Shown: one piece after another, positions 56,396 to 64,000 of the stretch
How positions within the stretch are numbered: the first letter of the stretch is position 1
How the letters are laid out: each line of letters opens with the position of its first letter
NCBI GenBank assembly: GCA_012295275.1
Contig: CM022679.1
Location: 25,110,001 to 25,174,000, forward strand
Length of the DNA: 64,000 bases
Direction of reading: 5' to 3'
From: Chrysomallon squamiferum
Taxonomy: Eukaryota > Animalia > Mollusca
Translations under genes and position numbers: made by a program
Notes under the pieces: generated by a model
Databases searched by the model: none
Told to the model about the DNA's origin: nothing
What the model saw: the letters and a program-made list of their open reading frames with translations, nothing else

Positions 56396-58743
56396 AGGTT
56401 ATTCCGTGTCAAATTACCCAATGGGTTAAACCCGACCGTCTCAGATTTTTATGAAACTTTGTATACTTGTTGACTGGGATCCCAAAGCACCAAATTTTAG
56501 GCCAGTCGGACCAGTGGTTTGGGAGATATGACCCTCCGAATTTTGAAATTTTTGGCCTAAATGGGCGTGACCACCAACTTTTAAACCCTCATATCTCAGG
56601 AACTACTGGGCCAATCTTCATAAAATTGGTATTGTTGTAAAAGCAATATATGATTTCCAAATCTGCCATTATTGTTCAGTTTGGAGAATGTTGGGGTACA
56701 CTGACCTTGAGGATCACGTGACCTTGAGATAACCTGTTAGGAACTGAATGAAATCCCCATTCAGCACATGGCAATTATGTTATTATTGTAACTCCCTCTA
56801 GACTACTAGTACTACTACTACTATCATTGTCACCATCATTGCCACTACTGATACTTTTATTATCACAAATACTGTTACTACCTCAACTACTACTAAACAT
56901 CACCATTATATCAACAACTACTACAATAGCTATTTATTTTGCTACTTCTGCTGACACTACTTCTTTATTACTATCACTACAATTAATCCTACCACTTTTT
57001 CTAGTACTATTATTATACCAACACTCCCTCTACATTACTATTGTATCTCCTACTACCTATTGCCACTACTACAACTACTACATCTATGAGACTACTTCCA
57101 CAATTTCTACTGCTACTTGTAGCATTAATATTGCTTTAGTTATCATTATGATTATTATTATCATCATCACCATCATCATTATTGTTATTACTGGCAGTAG
57201 TAGTAACAAATCTATTATTACTACTAGAATACAAATACTTCTATGGGTATTACAACACTGATACTTCTACAACTACAACTTTTACTATTATTACTTCAAC
57301 TAATATTATGTCTAATATCAGAATAGTGGTACATTTACTAGTCCTATGACTGCTATATTTTAAAGTAATACAGTGATTATGCCTAAGATAAAACTAGTCT
57401 TGAGATCAATTCAGTTCACTGCACTATTTCATGACACTGATGGCTGTGCTGGACCGTATAAAACATAACAATTTTGTGCCATCATGAAGTGGACTTTGGC
57501 TTGGAAGGTGAATGGAACTTTTTTTGCGACAAGCCACAGCAAAAGTGCCTGTGATGGACGGTGAAGAGGTTGCTGACAAAGGCCAGTTTGCAGTGTCCCT
57601 ACAGAGACCCAGTCCTGACCATTGAGGCTATCATGGACTTCTGCATCAAGAGTATTCCAGGTATTCACTTTTTCAACATCCCACCAGAACACATAGCAAA
57701 CCATAAGTTGGAACTACAAGGGAGGTTTCAAGTGGCCAAAATGGTTAGTTCCAGTGTCTAAATCAAAATGTATGCCCACAAGCTGAGCCTGCAGAGTGAC
57801 CCACCAGAACTAGTATCTGTCCAGGATTCTGAGGATGATATGACAGAGTTACCAGTGAGCCAAGAAACAAAACTATGTTTGTTGTCTGTATGACAATGAG
57901 GCATGGTTGGGCTAATTGAGGACATTTCAGCATGGAGACATCTTCATTCGTTTCATGCACCCTCACAGACCTTCTAAGCTATTTCACTGGCCAAACGAAG
58001 AAGACACTTGTTGGATTAGTGAAAGGGACATCTTCTGTGTCATTGATACACATTCTATTGCATCTTCTGAATGGATGTTCTCTCTGTGTAAAAAGGATGA
58101 CGTTAGAATTGCAAAATTATGAGTGAATTTGTTGACCAAATGATTCTGTGACTGCTGAAGTGGTGAGAAGGCAATGAGGGAAGTAGTTTAATATCATATG
58201 ATCATACCATGTAGACCTACAATGTATTACTTGGTGATCAAGAGAATTGGTGATTCCTAGCATTGGTAATTCAGGTTTTAGCCGAACAGATGTTAATGGC
58301 AGAACAGGTGATATTTTCATGGACATACAATTTTTTAATGTGTGTTGCTGCTAAACAAAGAATATTACACCTCTGAAACTTTTATATGTTTTAGTTAACA
58401 TGTGGGAGATTAAATTTCAAGAAAGGTCATCTGAAGGTCACGCGATCCACAAGGTCAATGTACCCCAACATTCGTCAAACTGAACAATAATGGCCGATTT
58501 AGAATCCTTGTCATATTGCCTTTTCAATAATACCAATTTTATTAAGACTGGCCCAGTAGTTCCTGAGATATGATGGTTCAAAAGTCGGGGGGCCATATCT
58601 CCCAAACCACTGGACCAATTGGCCTAAAATTTCAGAATTGGTTCTGCTGTCTACAAGTATACCAAATTTCATAAAAATCTGAGATGGTCAGGTTTAAAAA
58701 TATTATTTTTTTTTTTGGGGGGTGATTTAACATGGAATGACCC
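56396..58743 (+). mobile_element. Decayed DNA transposon with ~330-bp imperfect terminal inverted repeats, Sola2-like
   Basis: The left arm (~56396-56735) and right arm (~58424-58743) are reverse complements. For example, catatctcaggaactactgggcca pairs with tggcccagtagttcctgagatatg. The right terminus reads GGGTCATTCCATG on the minus strand. Transposase remnants lie inside. Confidence 0.85.
57422..58122 (+). pseudogene. Frameshifted C-terminal transposase fragment (Sola2-like DDD)
   Basis: Motifs across frames: TDGCAGPYK (compare SDG..QYKN), WNFFATSHSKSACDG then VKRLLTKASLQ (compare FFATSHGK.PCDG.GG.VKR), and FMHPHRPSKLFHWPNEEDTCW. Stops and frameshifts lie between them. The family assignment is from recall. 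Confidence 0.78.
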
Positions 58744-58956
58744 AAAAAACTAAAATTTAAGAAAGCATAAAAAAATCGAACTTAATAATTGTTTTAACTA
58801 TTCAAGATTGCCTTTCTATTTAAAGAAAAAAAAAAAAAAAAAAAAAGAGAAATATAGCCACTCAAAAATGCAAAACAATAAAAATTCAAAAAACCCCAAT
58901 AAACAATGAAAATATTTTCACAGCTCTGGGTACCAAACAGTTTCTAAAAAGGATAC

Positions 58957-59033
58957 ATCCACTGACTTCATCAGGGCCACAATCATATCTGCATCGAATA
59001 TTGCTAATATTGCTGTACAAATTAACATCATAT
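58957..59033 (-). CDS. SPC24: SPC24-like gene, exon 3, RWD start YDVNLYSNISNIRCRYDCGPDEVSG(Y)
   Basis: Acceptor tttcag and a U12-type donor gtatcctttt. It resembles the SPC24 LY...I.WDY.C.P..V.G segment as recalled. Confidence 0.85.
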
Positions 59034-59758
59034 CTGAAACAAAAATAAAGCAGCATCAGTAACAATATTAATTGCAAATTTTAACAATATTAACTCAAAA
59101 ATATACTAGACATGTATACATAAACCATAAAAAAAAAAAAAAAAACCCATTTAAAAGGGTGTATTATTTCAATTAACAGTCCTATATAATTACCAAATTT
59201 TGAATCACACATTTAAGATGATAGTAAACATTTATGGTTTAATTTCAAAATATATAAATAATAAGTACATAAAATATTAATGATTTATTAAAATCTCTAT
59301 TTTACAAAGTCTTTACAAATGAAAAGAATAAATTCATTAATTTACAAGCACAATTCAGTGATTAGATTTTTTCCAGAAACAGATCATGTTGTGAAAAAAT
59401 ATTCAGATCAGAACATGAAATAATTTTATAAGAGTAATTTATATATTTTAACAATCAGTTACTTTGTAAAATTATTTAAATACAAATATATTTGACTACA
59501 TGCCTTGTTAATGGAAAGCTTATTGAGATATTCATCTGAAAAATATTATTTATCACTTTCCAAATAATTTCTTCTTCTTGTGTTTTAGTTCATCAATCTA
59601 AATTCTACATTACATAGAAACAATGAAATAAAATAAATCACTAAATCTGTAAAAGTGGTCATGTATCTCACAAGAGAAGCTGTTAGTGTTATCTCTTGAG
59701 TTTTATCAATTATAGAAACATGATAACCAGCACTGACACAACACTGAATGTCTGATAC

Positions 59759-60011
59759 CTAGCTTTTGGTAAAGATATTCCAGCTTCATTTTTTATTCGT
59801 TCTATTTTCTCTCGGAGTTTCTTCTGCTCAGCAATGGATTTGTTGAAAACATTTGTGAGCTCTCTGCATTCTTCTTCTGTATTTGTCAGGTGTTTTTTAG
59901 CTTTATTTCTAATGTCGCGCAGAGTCTCAATTTCGTTTTCTATGTCACTTATAGATCTATGTCCGTCATCTTTGCTTGAAATATTTTCTTCCTCCTGCTG
60001 GTCTCTCAATT
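59759..60011 (-). CDS. SPC24: SPC24-like gene, exon 2, coiled coil LRDQQEEE...IERIKNEAGISLPKA(R)
   Basis: Acceptor ttcttcag, donor AG|gtatca. E/K/L-rich heptads end in LPKARY, resembling the SPC24 coil-to-RWD junction. Confidence 0.85.
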
Positions 60012-60489
60012 CTGAAGAATGAAATTTTAATACTACACAAAATTAAATCTATGTTTAAATTCACTAAAGATAACTTCAGAGAAAAGAAGAACAGATCTGA
60101 TTTGCAGTTACTGATCAGAACAAAAGCAGCACAATTAAACAACAAATTTCTGTTTTACCTGGTTACGTGGTAGACTACAGCTTAAAATCTGTGTATTTCA
60201 TTAATCTGATTTCCTTACACGGATCAGCTCTTAATGTCAATTCTCTTTTAGTTTCCTACATGAATTTGTACAATAATTTACACTGGGTTTAGTCACTGGC
60301 ACTTTAGAACTGAATTTGTATAAATATAAAAACCCTGAAAATCATGTAGACATTTCTTTTTTTAAAGTTATTGTTTTTGAAAAAGGTTCATTTGAAGTTA
60401 TTAATGAATATTACTGAATCAGTACTGTCATGTTTATAAATTATTCAAGGACACTCTTTCTGATTTAACATTAACTGTATTTTTTTCAC

Positions 60490-60649
60490 CTTGTATTTCT
60501 TTTTTGATGGCTGCAAGTCGCTTAGCTATCAATTCCTTAATTTCACTGTGTATTGATGGAAACTCATCTGAAAGCTTCAGCTGAACATCATCAGCGGAAA
60601 GGACTGTCAGTAATTCATTGCTTAGATTAATAGCAGAATTATAATCCAT
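60490..60649 (-). CDS. SPC24: SPC24-like gene, coding exon 1 MDYNSAINLSNELLTVLSADD...AIKKEIQ(E)
   Basis: ATG at 60649 lies 5 nt after a ttgcag acceptor. Donor G|gtgaaa. The sequence is helical/coiled-coil-like. Confidence 0.8.
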
Positions 60650-61413
60650 GATTGCTGCAATAACAGATTTTAACTTAATTAAACAGTAATTTTTACACAA
60701 ACACACACACAAATTAATACAAAGAAGAAAATAATAATTAAACAATAATTTATACTAAAACAATTATAATTAATTATTTGAAGGCAGATATCATGTGAAA
60801 CTGTAAATTGATCATTAAGAGAATATCTTCTTTAAACAAAAATTTAAGAATGCAGATGTTTGTATTAAAATTCTTTGTTTATTGAACTACTGGATATCTT
60901 TAAAACAAAACAACAATAAAGCACTGACTCTGCCAGTACCAATACCAGTGGAGAATAAGGAAGATCTTTTTTTTTTTTTTTATCACAATGTACCTGATTA
61001 TGTAAATTATAATATAATAAATAAATGGTAATAAAATATGTATTAATTTAATATCGAGGAAAAATTGTAAACATCGTTCTTAACTAGGTCACTGATCCTA
61101 CGTGACATATTACGAGTTTAAAAATCAAAAATTACTGTAAAATACATTAAATTACAACTAGCAGTAGCAGTAGCGCTGATACAGTGATAGTGATACAGTT
61201 AATGAGTGATTCAGTGATAGTCAACATAGGTACTTGACCATACTCACGGTACACCGTATTCGGTACTGGTACTAGTACTAGTAGCAGACACGAAAAGTGG
61301 AAACAAATAGTAGTCACTAGTCAGTAGAGACTGGAGATATAATTAATTATAAATGATAAATAATTAGAATCCTCATCATCGTTTGCTATTTGAATAATGT
61401 TTAAAACACATAC

Positions 61414-61490
61414 CTGTACTAAAGTTACTTAAACATTTTATTCATCAAGTAACTGGCAACTGTATATAAACAATCAATTTTTTTTCACAA
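61414..61490 (-). other. Probable non-coding first exon of SPC24 (5' end approximate)
   Basis: A donor CAG|gtatgt at 61414/61413 lies just downstream of the CDE/CHR. A matching acceptor is at 60655. Confidence 0.55.
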
Positions 61491-61498
61491 CGAACAAA

Positions 61499-61515
61499 TT
61501 CAAAACTTCCGCCAA
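61499..61515 (-). promoter_or_regulatory. CDE/CHR tandem cell-cycle promoter element
   Basis: The minus strand reads TTGGCGG-AAGT-TTTGAA: CDE, 4-nt spacer, canonical CHR. It lies upstream of a mitotic gene in the right orientation. Confidence 0.75.
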
Positions 61516-61828
61516 AATATCCGACTGGTTCTCTTAAATATTTTAATTGCATCGTGAAGCGCAACGAACAGAAATTGCGGTTTAGACTGTAAAAGATATA
61601 AAACACACACCAACCTCTGTGTCGCTCTGGTTAAGTAACAATCTTCATTGGAACATTTTCTGCTCAGTAATAGAATGAATGAAAAAAAATCTTTAAAATG
61701 TCATAATAATATTGAAAACGATAACTGCGTTAAATATGGATTCAGAACATTTTAGCAGCATGTTAATCTCGTTCAGCTTATTTCGCCTAACAGAGAGAGG
61801 TTTTTCTTTTTTTGGGAGGGCGTGTTTA

Positions 61829-61865
<37 letters not shown>

Positions 61866-62099
61866 TATTCATTTGTTTATTTATTATATATTAAAGGCAG
61901 CTATATATTACAATAAAATATAATATGGACAAAAAAAAAAAAAAAAAAAAAACCATCCTACTGTGTGTGCACCATTTCTGATATTTAGTTTTGTTCATCA
62001 CGATTTCCACCTGCCATTAGTAATATAAAATATCAGTATTGTTATGAAATCTGAATTAAAATTTGACATTCCACTAATATACATTCCTATATAGAATGT

Positions 62100-62780
62100 C
62101 GTTTAGAAAATATTTTGAACTGGTGAGAGATTTTCAGACGTGATTATTTCGGCAGGTTGCGTAATTTGCCAAGGTGTAGTTTCGAATTGAAGTAGCAAAT
62201 AAAAAATGTGGAGTGCATTTCCATAACAGTTATCATAGATAGTCGTCAAAGACGTAAACACGGGTCTGCATATTCTCAAATCCGAAGCTACATGAGTAGA
62301 TGACAGCAATGTAAAGTAAGTTTCAAAATCCGTAACGGCCTTTAACTAGCATGGACCAACAGGAACGATAACTCGTAACGACACAAATTACGACACGGTT
62401 TTTCCCTCAAGAAATTTCGCCGATTTAATGGGTACACACAACCCCTAAATATTCTTTTCTGGTGGGTTCTGACAGTGGGAACATTGACAACTTCAAAAGT
62501 TAATACATAAATGTTATTCCGAATTATAATTTCAATTTATTATGCACGCATTTACACGAAAATAATCCAGTTTGAAAGGTTTGATTACGTTGAAAAAGTA
62601 GTTAGAAAAGGTGCGCGACATCATAGTTTGGTAATGTGAACAACCATCTTTACCTTTATCAGTGAAAAGTTCTGAAAAATGGACGCAAAATAATTTAATT
62701 TGGAAGTTTAAAAATTCCGTGAGCTCACGGAAACTTCCGATCGAAATCCAAGATGGCAGCATTGAACGCCGATTAGTGTT
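62100..62780. promoter_or_regulatory. CpG-richer promoter-like region upstream of SPC24
   Basis: Many CG dinucleotides, an ETS-like ACTTCCG, a YY1-like AAGATGGCAGC and an 18-bp palindrome. Confidence 0.4.
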
Positions 62781-63752
62781 TATTGACTTTTAAATACGTA
62801 TGCATTCATAATGCAATCAATTCTACATGGCTTATTAAAAGTAATTTGGGAATATGTCATTTAATCAATGCCTCGTATACATAGATGTCTATTATTGAAC
62901 AATTTGCTGCAAAGGTTGAAACTTTTTTTTTCTTGTAACTTTGACGTCATACCATCTCATACACATTTCGTGCTATATATATATTTTTTCCACATATTAT
63001 TACGAAGTCGCCAGCCAAAAAATAAAACAATAATAAAAGAATAACAAAATATTCTGATTAGGTACCATAATGTGGACACGTTACTACACTAAAACTCCAT
63101 AGCAGACAGTTCTGAGTAAGTAGTTGTAAAACGATACTTGAAACCATTATCATTATTTTTATATATATATTTATTTCCATGTTCAGTGCATTAGAGGTCG
63201 TATTTACATGTAAAAAGCCAATTGATCACGTGTTATTTTTGATTGCTTTGATACATTCGTTATAACGCTTGAATCAGTTTTACAACAGAACATTTAAAAA
63301 AAAAAAAAGTTATTAAAACTTAAATTTTCACTCTTTCGTTAAAACAAAAAACAAAAAATCACGTGATCATGCTACTTTAACACGTTTAAGATAATGAATC
63401 TAGTATAGAATACATTGTTAATTAGAGATACTGGACCACAGATCGAGTTAATTAGTAAATGATTTTACATTTCTTGAGCATAAAAAAAACAAAAACAAAA
63501 AAGGAAAAAAAACCCTACAAAATAAAAACACTCCCCTACCTCCCCAAAAACAACAACAAACAAGCAACAACAAAACAAACAAACGAAAAGGACAATCCGT
63601 CTGGTTAAAATATTATTTAAATAGGAGAAGATACATTGTTTATATAAACTTATTCTAATGAGAACAATTAATAAAGTGATAAAAATGTAATTAAAATAAT
63701 TAAAACCTTACCTACATAATGAAAGTTTATTAAATTAAATACTGAGACATTC

Positions 63753-63814
<62 letters not shown>

Positions 63815-64000
63815 TAATAATAAAAAAAAAAATATTATGAGAAAAATATATTTCTAACATTAGTCCCTATCAGAGCTGGTTTAAGATTTAATACGCTGCA
63901 GGGTTATAGATACTGTGAGGACTCTGGTAATATTATCAGACCAAAAAATAAAGAGTTAGAGAAAATGAAACATGGGCTACAGCACATTAAGAATAGTATT

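Larger units (their letters stand above)
56276..58956 (-). other. U12-type (minor spliceosome) GT-AG intron of SPC24
   Basis: The 5' splice site is GTATCCTTTT (from 58956). The branch site TTCCTTAAT (56295-56287) lies about 10 nt from the AG, with no long pyrimidine tract between. Splicing restores the frame (T|AT = Tyr). Confidence 0.9.

Noticed and set aside
56827-57261. 144-aa hydrophobic ORF inside the transposon
   Set aside because: Degenerate (ACT)/(ATT) low-complexity sequence.
60650-60745. N-terminal extension of the SPC24 ORF in the track
   Set aside because: It lies largely upstream of the ttgcag acceptor at 60655, so it is intronic. The first ATG is at 60649.
62103-62762. Two minus-strand ORFs (68 and 76 aa) as upstream coding exons
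   Set aside because: They have non-ATG starts and no recognisable homology, and the region looks promoter-like.

Overview
Eukaryotic (metazoan) genomic DNA, very AT-rich and dense in microsatellites. An invertebrate such as a mollusc is plausible, but that is inference only. Nearly all ORFs in the supplied track are simple-repeat artefacts. Two spliced genes can be assembled by hand. (1) Plus strand: a 194-aa single-EGF, type I membrane EGFR-ligand precursor of Spitz/TGF-alpha type, with six coding exons at 38657-47439. Its ATG/signal-peptide exon occurs as five near-identical tandem copies joined by (CA)n tracts of different lengths, and the last spacer carries a perfect TACTAAC. (2) Minus strand, convergent: a 198-aa SPC24-like kinetochore gene with four coding exons at 60649-56169. 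It has a U12-type (minor) last intron largely filled by a decayed Sola2-like DNA transposon, and a perfectly spaced CDE/CHR promoter element. Between the genes lies a 1.7-kb non-autonomous TIR element with a 7-bp target duplication. The first ~38 kb has no convincing coding sequence. It holds minisatellites, local duplications, CpG-richer islands and a few possible non-coding 5' exons.
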